Source: a virus
Taxonomy: Duplodnaviria; Caudoviricetes
IMG/VR virus record: IMGVR_UViG_3300014656_006065
Span: 1-28,676 of that record
Reading direction: 5' to 3' (one strand)
Length of the DNA: 28,676 nucleotides
The notes under the pieces were generated by a model that did no database searches, was not told where the DNA came from, and was given only the letters and a program-made list of their open reading frames with translations. Positions 17,626 through 26,069 of this stretch are shown piece by piece; the first letter of the stretch is position 1; each line of letters opens with the position of its first letter. The position numbers and the translations under genes were made by a program.

Positions 17626-18223
17626 GTTTCACCTCCGAGAGGGCTTTTCGGCCCTTGCCTATGTTCTGAGTCAACCCGATCAGTTTCTCGCTATCGGGAA
17701 GGCCGCTTCCGAGGTGTGTCGCGCTCTCGACGATTCCGCCGTGAATCTTTGCGCGGTCCCTTTCTCCCTTGAAGATCGCCCGGAGCTGCCCCCGGACGAC
17801 GTCCGGTTCTTCGCTTTTGCAGATCTCCAGGAATCCGAAGCGCCGGACGACTGCAGCGATCAAAGGGCTTCTTTCTTTCAACCAGACCATTGCGTCCTTT
17901 TCTCTCACATAACCAAAAAGGCTTACAGCCTCAAAGGCCAACTCAATCGCGTCGCCTTCGGTTTCGATCAAAGACGGGACGGCAATCTGGCGAATTAGAG
18001 CAATAAAGTTATCGCCTGGGAAGAGTGTCGTTTTTTCTGTCACGAACCGGGTCACGGCTTCCATAAGAACCGCGTCCGAAATGTCTCTCAACATTCGATA
18101 CCAGGCCTTATAGATAAACTCTTTAGCTTCTTTCGGTTCCAGCTGTTGATGAGCGGAAAACAATACAGCAAGGGCCTTTTTGAATCCGTCGTTTGTCAGT
18201 AAAGGGGTTCTCTCGTCCTGCAT
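17615..18223 (-). CDS. Replicative helicase loader/inhibitor-like protein (G39P-like N-terminus)
   Basis: 'F...LA.L..A......AWY.ML.D.....L.EAV.......FP....IR' pattern. Directly downstream of the initiator. Confidence 0.6.
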   Translation of the reverse strand: MQDERTPLLTNDGFKKALAVLFSAHQQLEPKEAKEFIYKAWYRMLRDISDAVLMEAVTRFVTEKTTLFPGDNFIALIRQIAVPSLIETEGDAIELAFEAVSLFGYVREKDAMVWLKERSPLIAAVVRRFGFLEICKSEEPDVVRGQLRAIFKGERDRAKIHGGIVESATHLGSGLPDSEKLIGLTQNIGKGRKALSEVKRAA

Positions 18224-19096
18224 TTAAGCGCCTCCTGTAAAATCCATATTTTTAAGGTCTGTTGTCCATGTGCCTTTTTGTGGTTGCTTTTTAGAGTTGT
18301 CCTCGAAAATCCCTTGATAGCCATTTGTAATACTGTGATTGATTGCCGCGACAGCTCTCTTCTCTCCCATGTCTGCCAACTTGGAAAGCTGCCGTTCTAT
18401 AGCTTTGGGCGTGAGCTTACAGCGTTTTTCTTTTCTGTGTTGTTGCCAGTCAGCCCAGGCATTTTTAAAAGAATCAGTCTGAAGGCTTTCTGGAATAGGA
18501 AAAGACTTTTTTTCGGGTTTTGGTTTTGGGTTTGGCGGAGTCGGATCTGATGGTAAAAAATCGGAAGCGTCGAAGACGCTGCCCGTTCCTTTACTCTCCT
18601 CTCCTATCCTCTCCTTTACTATACTATACGGGTTTTTGTTTACATTTGACCCGCTCGGCGGGGTTTCTGTTTGCAAGTTGCATACATTTGACCCGCTCAA
18701 TGGGTATTTTGTAGACAATAACGCCATTAACTCGGTCTTATTGAGTGCTTTTACCACTCTTCTGGCGTAAAGTTCGCTGAGATTTTCCACAAGATTTTCG
18801 GATCTTATGACGTGAATTTTCCAGAATTCCGGCTCGATTGCGTCAAGGCTTGCAAGCAAATCGAGTATTTCTGTTAATATTTGCCCGTCGAGGCGGGTTT
18901 TTGCACACAGAAACTCCCAGTCAGCCGGATTATTGCAGTCAATAAAGTGATTTTCCGCAGAAGTCAGCTGTTCGAGAATCTTAAACCATGCCGAGTAGCC
19001 GTCGTTGCCGTGTCTGCTCTCCAGGATAAATATTGTTTTCCCGCTTTTTGCGAAATGCGGAAAGAAGTCAGCTGTTGCTTTCTTCGGTCTGGTCAT
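18224..19096 (-). CDS. Phage replication initiator (Lin1244/DUF4373-like N-terminal wHTH)
   Basis: 'M.RPKK...DFFPH....', 'G.DGY..WF..LE.L', central internal repeats and C-terminal 'W.DW..HR..K...T......L..L.......I..SI.NGYQGIF'. Confidence 0.8.
   Translation of the reverse strand: MTRPKKATADFFPHFAKSGKTIFILESRHGNDGYSAWFKILEQLTSAENHFIDCNNPADWEFLCAKTRLDGQILTEILDLLASLDAIEPEFWKIHVIRSENLVENLSELYARRVVKALNKTELMALLSTKYPLSGSNVCNLQTETPPSGSNVNKNPYSIVKERIGEESKGTGSVFDASDFLPSDPTPPNPKPKPEKKSFPIPESLQTDSFKNAWADWQQHRKEKRCKLTPKAIERQLSKLADMGEKRAVAAINHSITNGYQGIFEDNSKKQPQKGTWTTDLKNMDFTGGA
18637..18720. repeat. Iteron-like repeats, probable phage replication origin
   Basis: TACATTTGACCCGCTC at 18641 and 18683 (42-bp period). 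TGYNNRCA cores at 18637, 18668, 18679 and 18710. Confidence 0.7.
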
Positions 19097-19434
19097 TGTC
19101 TTGCCCCCAGTGCTGCCTGTATTTTTGCCCTGCAGTCTTCGACAGAGTCGGTTTTGATTCCGACCGCGTTTTTGTTGTTGGCGTCTTCGCGTCTTTTAGC
19201 CTGCAGCGCTTCTCTTTTTTTTTGTGTTGTTCCGTCTGGGTCTTTTACTTCGATACCAATAAACCTGCCGTCTGGCAGATAACCGATATAGTCGAACCAG
19301 CCAGGCTCCCCCAATTTGATCATGCCGCCCTTAAAGCCTCTTGCAAGGCCGCAATGGTGCCGGTCGATTGCGACGTCGGGAAATTCTTTTTCGATCATTT
19401 CTTTGATTTGTTTACTGATTTTTGTTTCGCTCAT
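19093..19434 (-). CDS. VRR-NUC family PD-(D/E)xK nuclease
   Basis: 'MSE..I...I', 'G.PG..D.IG...DGRFIGIEVK.PDG...' and a late Q. Confidence 0.8.
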   Translation of the reverse strand: MSETKISKQIKEMIEKEFPDVAIDRHHCGLARGFKGGMIKLGEPGWFDYIGYLPDGRFIGIEVKDPDGTTQKKREALQAKRREDANNKNAVGIKTDSVEDCRAKIQAALGARQ

Positions 19435-19449
19435 GATTGGTTATTCCGA

Positions 19450-19473
19450 CCGGCGGAGCCGAAGCCCCGCCGG
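19450..19473 (-). terminator. Very stable C(UUCG)G stem-loop without U tract
   Basis: CCGGCGGGGC-UUCG-GCUCCGCCGG in the intergenic gap. Confidence 0.55.
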
Positions 19474-19479
19474 GTTCGA

Positions 19480-20271
19480 TTAGTAGTTCCGAAGGATTAG
19501 AAGCTCTTTAAGATCTGTTACAAGTTCGAGGAAGGCTTTGTATTCGTCTTCGCGAACCTGATCCAGGACCATATCGAAGCCGGGCATACTGAGAGAAAAA
19601 AGGATCTGGCCCTTCTCGTCGTCGAGGACCGGAGTCACGGCCAGAGAGAATCCGTATTCGATCATCGAGCCACGCACAATTTTTCCTTTAAAAGGGATCT
19701 CTGAAGGGCAGACCGCTTTTTCGGTCGAATTGCTGGAGTCGATCTTCTGTTCCCATTGATAACTCCCGGCCTGTTCGCCGTCCTCAAAAACGGGATTCGA
19801 TACGAAATTGATTTTCTTGCTGGCTCTCAGTTTGGAGATTATCTGGTAAAGCCTTTCAAAGCCTGGGATGTAGATCTTTACAGACTCCATGGCGTCGAGC
19901 AACTGCCGGTGTGACATCTTCTGTCCGGACGCCATTTTTCGAACGACTTCCCAAAGCTGGGTGAATTCGCGATTAAATCGCCAGATGTTCTGCTCTTCTT
20001 TCAGAGTGTCGTCTGTATAGAATTTTGCGCCGTTCTGCTCAAAGATAACGGTCATTCCGGAGCCGTCGCTGTCTTCGCCGTCGCGCTTTACTTCTTCGAT
20101 GACGGCCTTTGCAAAGCTGTCGACATTGCAGACTGCTCTGTAATATGGCCTGTTCAACGGGACGCGTTCATACGACTTCGACGAGTCGCGGTAAAGATAT
20201 TGGCCGTCCTGGGTGTCGATGAGTTCTGGTCGTTTTAGTCCGATTATGAAGTCGATAATAGTCTGGATCAT
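19480..20271 (-). CDS. YfdQ/DUF2303-like prophage protein (tentative)
   Basis: 263 aa with 'V.NVDSF' and 'P..I.F....' patterns. Coupled to the upstream 121-aa gene, as in yfdP-yfdQ-like pairs. Recognised by eye only. Confidence 0.5.
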   Translation of the reverse strand: MIQTIIDFIIGLKRPELIDTQDGQYLYRDSSKSYERVPLNRPYYRAVCNVDSFAKAVIEEVKRDGEDSDGSGMTVIFEQNGAKFYTDDTLKEEQNIWRFNREFTQLWEVVRKMASGQKMSHRQLLDAMESVKIYIPGFERLYQIISKLRASKKINFVSNPVFEDGEQAGSYQWEQKIDSSNSTEKAVCPSEIPFKGKIVRGSMIEYGFSLAVTPVLDDEKGQILFSLSMPGFDMVLDQVREDEYKAFLELVTDLKELLILRNY

Positions 20272-20633
20272 GCTGCCTCCTGAATTGGCTTAATTTGTCT
20301 GAGCGGTCCTGAGAATGGGAGATCTGACTGGCGAGGGTCTTCTGTAAACAAGCGCCCTTTGCTGTCGTGATAAATGGTTCTGCTGTCTGTTTTCGGTTCT
20401 GGTAGTTTGGTTCCGACGTCGCCTTTAACCTCGATCCGTGTCTCGTCGACACGCGCAAAGGCCAGGGTCACTGTCAGCTTTCCGGCCTTACCTGTCGCCA
20501 GGACACGCTTAACAGTTTCGGCGAACGCTTCGTCGATCAGTTCGCCCAGGTCGTCGACTGATCCCTTGTAACTGCCCTCGACCTGATCCAGAATGGATTT
20601 AAAACTCAATGCTTCTTTTTTGGTTTCCGACAT
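20268..20633 (-). CDS. YfdP-like prophage protein (tentative)
   Basis: 121 aa with GGAGG RBS. 'V..V..TGK.GKLT.TL...', 'TKLP', 'G.L...DPRQ.DL'. Confidence 0.6.
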   Translation of the reverse strand: MSETKKEALSFKSILDQVEGSYKGSVDDLGELIDEAFAETVKRVLATGKAGKLTVTLAFARVDETRIEVKGDVGTKLPEPKTDSRTIYHDSKGRLFTEDPRQSDLPFSGPLRQIKPIQEAA

Positions 20634-20695
20634 ATTTCCTCCGGTGATTTGATTAGGTTTTAAACCTGCCGGGGGATGGAACCCCGGCCAGGCCT

Positions 20696-20723
20696 CAAGA
20701 AAAACGGTAGTTTCCCGCTACCG
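20696..20723 (-). terminator. Intrinsic terminator after helicase
   Basis: CGGUAG-CGGGAAA-CUACCG-UUUUUCUU on the - strand. Confidence 0.6.
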
Positions 20724-20733
20724 GTGAGAGACG

Positions 20734-22443
20734 TTAAGCGGCCAGATTCAGTCGCGAAGCATGACCGCTGCTTTCCGCGATAAATCTGGAAGGGACCTTC
20801 TCGGCGTTTCTGAAGATCAGCAAACGATTTCTGGCCCGGGTAAAAGCGACGTAAGCCAGCCGCCTTTCCTCTTCGAGGTTGTTAGATTTCAGAGCCATTT
20901 TTGAAGGGAATTTGCCTTCGTCGAAGTCGACGACCAGGACGTTATCCCATTCAAGACCCTTCGCCGCGTGAGCGGTTATCAGGGTGATTTTTGGGTCCAG
21001 CTGCGTCTTTTCGAGTTCGAGCTGATTGTCTTTTAATGCGAATTCTGTCAGCCAGTCGTCGGCCGTGATCCCCGGCCAGTTTTCCTGCAGATACTCGACG
21101 ACCTTTGTCTCTGGTTCCATTTCCAGATAAGCGCAAGTCTCTTCGTAAAATCCTATAAGGTCCTGCTCTGGAGTGATCGGAGCGGTGTCGCCGTAGGCCT
21201 CATACCATGAGCAACCGTGATTATTTGCATATTGCCAGATCTCTTTCAGGTCCTGGCGAAAGCCGATTCTGTTTGCAGTCAGAAAGGCGATATTGTCGCG
21301 TGAATTCATAGCCAGTCTGAGATAAGCCCGCATGAACTTAAAAGATTCCGCCGCTTCGATTTCAGCGGTCGCCTTGCCGACTCTGAGGACGTTGAGATGT
21401 TTATCCATACAGGCCCGCTCGATCGCTTCCAGGGTCCTGTGTGTCCTGCCGATAACGGCGATTTCTTTGGGATCTTCAAAGGCCATGAATTCAGATATAT
21501 ACTCGGCGACGAATTCCGGCGAAGAGTCCAGGGCAACTTCAAAAACGCCTTCGTTTCCGGTCGCGCCGATCAGTGTCTTCTCGATCCGGCTCTCGTTATG
21601 CTCGATCAGTGAATTCGCCCGGCTGACGATTACATCAGCACACCTGAAGCACTCTTCCAGCTTGATTACTTCGGCCCCGGCGTGAGCAGTCCCAAAGGCC
21701 AGGATGATTCCGATGTTTGCCCCGCGCCAGCCATAGATCGCCTGGTCAGAGTCGCCGACACAGAAAAGGTGTTTCGGTTTCAAGACTTCGTGCAAGTTGT
21801 ATTGCACCTGGTCTGTGTCCTGATATTCGTCGACAAAGATGTGATCGAATTTTGTCTGGTAGAATTCCAGAGCCGCCGGACAGGCCTTGAAGAGTTTCTG
21901 AACTTCGAGAAGTAAGAGGTCGAAGTCGACCGCGTTGCACTCTTTGAGCCTGGCGTGATACTCGCCGATGATCCGTTTGATGTTCAGGTCTTCGGGTTCG
22001 GTTCCGTCGTGAGCCAGAACGCTTCTGGCCTCGCTGATGCTCTTCAGGGTTCCGGCGTAGTCATAGGCCCGGATGATCTCTTTGAGAAGGTCGTCTGACT
22101 CTTCGGGAGTGATAACGGTTATTGATTTGCCGCTGTCGGTCTGATAGCCGATCTTGCTCCCCCACTGGGAAAGAATTCGGTAGCTGATCGAATGAAAGGT
22201 CCCGGCCCAGATCTTTTTCGACGATGACGAGCCGATCAGCTTTGCAAGTCGCTCTTTCAGCTCGTTTGCAGCTTTCCGGGTGAAGGTCAGACAGAGGATC
22301 GAGGAAGGGCTGACGCCCTCGGAGACGAGTCGCTGTATTCTGGCCGTGAGTGTCGCGGTTTTCCCGGAGCCAGCGCCAGCGATTGTCAGGATGTTTCCAG
22401 AGTCGCTATCTATTGCCTGTTGTTGTGCTTTTGTCGGGTTCAC
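20734..22443 (-). CDS. UvrD/PcrA/Rep-family SF1A helicase
   Basis: AGAGSGKT, LTFTRKAA, GTFHS, DEYQD, VGDSDQAIYGWRGA, TAHAAKGLEW and EEERRLAYVAFTRAR. Confidence 0.93.
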   Translation of the reverse strand: MNPTKAQQQAIDSDSGNILTIAGAGSGKTATLTARIQRLVSEGVSPSSILCLTFTRKAANELKERLAKLIGSSSSKKIWAGTFHSISYRILSQWGSKIGYQTDSGKSITVITPEESDDLLKEIIRAYDYAGTLKSISEARSVLAHDGTEPEDLNIKRIIGEYHARLKECNAVDFDLLLLEVQKLFKACPAALEFYQTKFDHIFVDEYQDTDQVQYNLHEVLKPKHLFCVGDSDQAIYGWRGANIGIILAFGTAHAGAEVIKLEECFRCADVIVSRANSLIEHNESRIEKTLIGATGNEGVFEVALDSSPEFVAEYISEFMAFEDPKEIAVIGRTHRTLEAIERACMDKHLNVLRVGKATAEIEAAESFKFMRAYLRLAMNSRDNIAFLTANRIGFRQDLKEIWQYANNHGCSWYEAYGDTAPITPEQDLIGFYEETCAYLEMEPETKVVEYLQENWPGITADDWLTEFALKDNQLELEKTQLDPKITLITAHAAKGLEWDNVLVVDFDEGKFPSKMALKSNNLEEERRLAYVAFTRARNRLLIFRNAEKVPSRFIAESSGHASRLNLAA

Positions 22444-24305
22444 GCTGCCACCTCCCTGGACTCTGACCAGATGTATTCTTTCTGCTCTCCTGCTGCCATG
22501 GCGATATTTACAGCGTCAGACAGCGGCTTTCCATGACAGGAAGCAAAGACGACTTGATCAAATCCTATGATTGTGACAGCGTTGATTAGAGCCAGGACGC
22601 TGTCGTCGTCGGCCTCGGCCAGTTCAAACAACCCGATACCAGGCTTGCCGGTTTTAACGATCTGAATACAGGCGACCAGAGCGGTCAGCATGATTGTTTT
22701 TTCGCCACCGCTCAAAGTATCGAAGCCGATCTCTTTGTCGTTCCTGACGATCCCAAAATCAAAACAGGGCTTGTCGTTGCTGCCGATAAGGCCCAGAAAA
22801 GACGGACATCCGAAAGCGGCACGGACGATCACGCCGAAGGGCGCGGCCAGTTCGACCGAAGCGTCAGCCAGCCTGGTATCTCTGATTTTTTTCACTTCGT
22901 CCAGGGCGCTTTTGATTGTTTCCAGCTCGTCTTCTCGTTCGTTTCGTTCCTTCTCGGCCTCGCTTTTCTTGTTTCTGACGCTCTGGACACTGACAAATTT
23001 CTTGATGTTTTCGTCAGCTTCGCGGATCTGGACCCGAAGGCCTTCGGCTTTACCCTGGAGAATTTCCAGACTGACCGGCGCTTCGTCGTTGCCTCTGTTG
23101 AGCTTTTCCAGCGCCTCGATGTTTTCGGCGTAGAATTTCCGATAACTTTTCAGGGCGTCCTGGTCGACTCTGATCGAGCGCTGGCACTCGTCGTTACTGA
23201 TTGCGATCTTGGCCGAGTCGCTGGCTGTATAAATATCGAAGTCAATCTCCGAGATCGAAGTCTCCAGAGTCTCGATCTCTGTCGCCAGGTTAAAAACCAT
23301 CAACTCCCATTCGTCCAGGACGTTTTCCAGAGAGCTTGCAAGGGCATTGCAGAACGGACAGCAACCCTTTTGCTGTAGAGTTTCGAGACGTTTGTCGAGG
23401 TCGGCCTTTGCAGTCTGGGCGACAGTCAGGGCTTTTGTTTGCTTGATCTTTTCCAACTGGAGAAACTGCAGATTTTTACATTCCGGGACCGAAAGGGTCC
23501 GGGCTTGCATTTTTTCAATCGATTGTTCGGTATCGATTATTTTCTTTGCAGAATCGTCGATATTTTTCTGGAGTCTTGCAGCCTGTTCGGCCTTGGAGCT
23601 GGCAAGTTTCGCCCGCTCTTCGTTTGTTGCGATCTCAGAAACGACCTTTTCGAGTTCTGCAGCTGCAGCCGCTTTCTTTTCTTCCCATTCGTTCAGGTTC
23701 CCGGCTGGCATTTCGCCGAGATCTCCGGTCAGCTTCTGCAGGTTCGCCAGACAGCGTTTGATCTCTTTTTCGAGTTCGCTCTTTTTCGCCTTCAGGGTTT
23801 CCATGAGGTCAGAAAAGCTCATTTTTCCGGTAAAAAATTCGAACTTTTTCGGCAAATCCTCTGGAGAAATTGAGTTAATTTCTGATCCGAGAGCCGAGAA
23901 AACAAAGTCTGCTCGTTTTTCTGGCGATAGGTTCAGGAATTCTGACGGGTGAATCGATTCGACCGGATAGTCGAAGCAACCGGGAAGAACCAGATCCTTT
24001 TCGGCGACGACTTCGCCGTTCAGGGTGATGATCTGTTTCGCGCCCGATCCTGAGCGTTCAAACCTACGGGTCAGGGTTCGGCCCAGTTGAGACTCCAGGG
24101 TGATCTCCATAACCTTATCAGAGGCCAGCTGGTAGGTTTTGCTTGGCAGTTTGCCAAGTTCGGTATAACCAGTCATGCCAATTTTAAGGCCTTCGAGTAT
24201 CGCGCTTTTCCCTGAACCGTTCGGGCCGATCAGATTTGTGATCTGGCCGAGATCGAAGCAACCTGTGACGCCTTTAACATTTCTCAGGTGTATTTTGCTA
24301 ATCAT
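22440..24305 (-). CDS. Rad50/SbcC-like SMC-family ATPase
   Basis: Walker A GPNGSGKS, two coiled-coil arms with a central CPFC hook, ABC signature LSGGE, degenerate Walker B (GLFELAEAD) and H-loop (ASCH). Confidence 0.85.
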   Translation of the reverse strand: MISKIHLRNVKGVTGCFDLGQITNLIGPNGSGKSAILEGLKIGMTGYTELGKLPSKTYQLASDKVMEITLESQLGRTLTRRFERSGSGAKQIITLNGEVVAEKDLVLPGCFDYPVESIHPSEFLNLSPEKRADFVFSALGSEINSISPEDLPKKFEFFTGKMSFSDLMETLKAKKSELEKEIKRCLANLQKLTGDLGEMPAGNLNEWEEKKAAAAAELEKVVSEIATNEERAKLASSKAEQAARLQKNIDDSAKKIIDTEQSIEKMQARTLSVPECKNLQFLQLEKIKQTKALTVAQTAKADLDKRLETLQQKGCCPFCNALASSLENVLDEWELMVFNLATEIETLETSISEIDFDIYTASDSAKIAISNDECQRSIRVDQDALKSYRKFYAENIEALEKLNRGNDEAPVSLEILQGKAEGLRVQIREADENIKKFVSVQSVRNKKSEAEKERNEREDELETIKSALDEVKKIRDTRLADASVELAAPFGVIVRAAFGCPSFLGLIGSNDKPCFDFGIVRNDKEIGFDTLSGGEKTIMLTALVACIQIVKTGKPGIGLFELAEADDDSVLALINAVTIIGFDQVVFASCHGKPLSDAVNIAMAAGEQKEYIWSESREVAA

Positions 24306-25591
24306 GCTGCAGCCCTCACTTTCCCGATAAAGTCGAGAATGACTTCGTCTGGAGCGGCACGAAGAGCCGCGAAAGAAGTATTCATTTCTTTTCTGACGCG
24401 CATAATGTCAGGCTGAAGGTTTTTGTCCTGCATCAGGTCAGCAAGTTGCTTCCCTGCGCTTACGACTGGCGCCGAAAGAGGCTTGTCGAGCGGAGCGACA
24501 AAAGACTCTTCGCTCCGGCGATCTGGCTCTGAATGGTCCTCGTCGTCTTCCATGTGTGCCGGAACTTCGACGACCGGGATCTCTGACGGATCAGCGACCA
24601 TAACCGGCTCCAGAATTTCGGCCTCTTCGGTTATGTCTTTGGTTTCTGTCCTGATAATCTCCATGTCAGCGGACGCCTCACCGGCCGAAAGTTTCGCGAC
24701 CAGGGCTTCGAGATCTTCGCGTTTCTTTTTGGCGTCGCCGTCTTCAGCGCGGAAGCCATAAACGTAGATGTGCGCCTTTTCCTGTCCCTCTTTGCCGGTC
24801 AGGATGGGTGTTTTTGTGGCGATCGCCGGATGAGTTGAAAGGATCAGACGCTTTAAAACTGTTGCTGCTGTTCTTTCGAGAAAGCGCTGTTTCTGAGTAA
24901 AGCCCTCGAAAGCGCTCTGGATGTCAGGATGAGCCAGGTTAACCCAATAACCCATGTCGCGCTGAACCGGGAGGAAGTGCCAGGCACCTTTGATCTGGAT
25001 GGTCTTTTCGGAGACAATTTCCTTTTTTCTGGTTTCTTTGTTCCATTTTGTCGAATAAGCAAGGAATTCTGTCGGCTTTTCAGTCTCAACGCCCAGCGTG
25101 GCGATGGTCGGATCATATTTCAGTTTTGCCTGGACTTCCTGGACGAGCAGAGTATTCAAGTTTACAAAGACAGTCTGGTCAACTATTGCCAGAGATCCGG
25201 TCGGAGCGTAACCGATACCGATCCCGCGAATGAAGATTGAAACGAGAGCGCCGTTTTTGTCTTTCTCAAAATATGGATTGCCGACGTCTTTCCCGCCCTC
25301 AATGACAACGGTTTTCGGTCTGACGACTTCGATCCCGGCGTATTGGTTCGCCTTGTCGTAACCTCCAGCGCAGATCATAGGCTTTTCTTTGCCTCCGCCA
25401 GGAATCAGGCACCACTGATCAGGAAAACTCAGTTCGACCTTTGCTTTAAATCCGCGCTTCTTTTCTCCGGCCTCTTCGATCCAGAACGCGGCGCCGTCGC
25501 CGAGTTTCGCCATGTCTTTAGCCTTGACCGCCTGAAGCTCCATTTTCAAATGCTCAAACTGTTGTGCTGGTATCATCAATTCGTTATTCAT
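24302..25591 (-). CDS. Putative single-strand annealing protein/recombinase (divergent)
   Basis: 429 aa, first gene of the module. 'AGGYDKANQYAGI' and 'ERTAATVLKRLIL' loosely recall RecT/Rad52-type motifs. Acidic linker and small C-terminal domain. The ORF is secure but the function is inferred. Confidence 0.45.
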   Translation of the reverse strand: MNNELMIPAQQFEHLKMELQAVKAKDMAKLGDGAAFWIEEAGEKKRGFKAKVELSFPDQWCLIPGGGKEKPMICAGGYDKANQYAGIEVVRPKTVVIEGGKDVGNPYFEKDKNGALVSIFIRGIGIGYAPTGSLAIVDQTVFVNLNTLLVQEVQAKLKYDPTIATLGVETEKPTEFLAYSTKWNKETRKKEIVSEKTIQIKGAWHFLPVQRDMGYWVNLAHPDIQSAFEGFTQKQRFLERTAATVLKRLILSTHPAIATKTPILTGKEGQEKAHIYVYGFRAEDGDAKKKREDLEALVAKLSAGEASADMEIIRTETKDITEEAEILEPVMVADPSEIPVVEVPAHMEDDEDHSEPDRRSEESFVAPLDKPLSAPVVSAGKQLADLMQDKNLQPDIMRVRKEMNTSFAALRAAPDEVILDFIGKVRAAA

Positions 25592-25604
25592 AAGTAAGTC
25601 CCCC

Positions 25605-25790
25605 TTAGTTGAGTTGGTCGCTGATAGACTTCATAGAAGCGAGGTTTAAAAGGTTTGAGATCTGCAGCTCGACAGCTGCATGTTCTCTGAGTAGCGCGGC
25701 TTTTTCTTCGTCCGTTGTGGCTCGTGAGAATTTCTCTTTGAGCTGTTTCAGCTGCAGGCCCGGTAACCTAATGTCGTAACTGCTTAGCAC
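25605..25790 (-). CDS. Small helical hypothetical protein
   Basis: 61 aa with GTG start after GGGGG. Fills the gap in the operon. Confidence 0.55.
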   Translation of the reverse strand: MLSSYDIRLPGLQLKQLKEKFSRATTDEEKAALLREHAAVELQISNLLNLASMKSISDQLN

Positions 25791-25793
25791 GGC

Positions 25794-26018
25794 TCAACCC
25801 CCAAACGGCGCGGTCATTGCCGCGTCCACGCTATCCTTGCGATAGCGCCAGCCCTTCTTGTTGCCGGGAACCAGACGAGCATTGAGTCTTGAGCGGTTCG
25901 CTCTGATCCAGTGACCAGACACCTGAATTCTCGCGCAAACTTGGGCTTCGGTAAGCCATTCAGGGTCAAGCTCTGCTTTGAGCAGGGCTGCAACCTCGCG
26001 TATTTCTTCTTTTGTCAT
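25794..26018 (-). CDS. Excisionase-like (MerR-type HTH) protein
   Basis: 'WLT..QV.....VS..WI...........WRY....V'. Start taken as ATG 26018 (MTKEEI). The in-frame ATG at 26204 is an alternative. Confidence 0.65.
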   Translation of the reverse strand: MTKEEIREVAALLKAELDPEWLTEAQVCARIQVSGHWIRANRSRLNARLVPGNKKGWRYRKDSVDAAMTAPFGG

Positions 26019-26034
26019 AGGAACGCCTTTCGGT

Positions 26035-26063
26035 TTGACAGAAGGTGAGACTTGGGATATACT
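26035..26063 (+). promoter_or_regulatory. Near-consensus sigma70-type antisense promoter
   Basis: TTGACA (26035-26040), 17 bp, TATACT (26058-26063). Confidence 0.8.
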
Positions 26064-26069
26064 TTGGAT

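Noticed and set aside
20734-24305. Gabija, Lamassu or Wadjet defence system call
   Set aside because: No TOPRIM domain, effector, kleisin or KITE subunit is visible, and the genes lie in the repressed early lytic operon. Kept only as an alternative hypothesis.
79-25597. Numerous + strand ORFs of 60-201 aa (e.g. 7070-7570, 8486-9019, 14585-15151, 23347-23952)
   Set aside because: They are antisense shadows of well-supported - strand genes, with Ser/Phe-rich mirror composition and no recognisable motifs.
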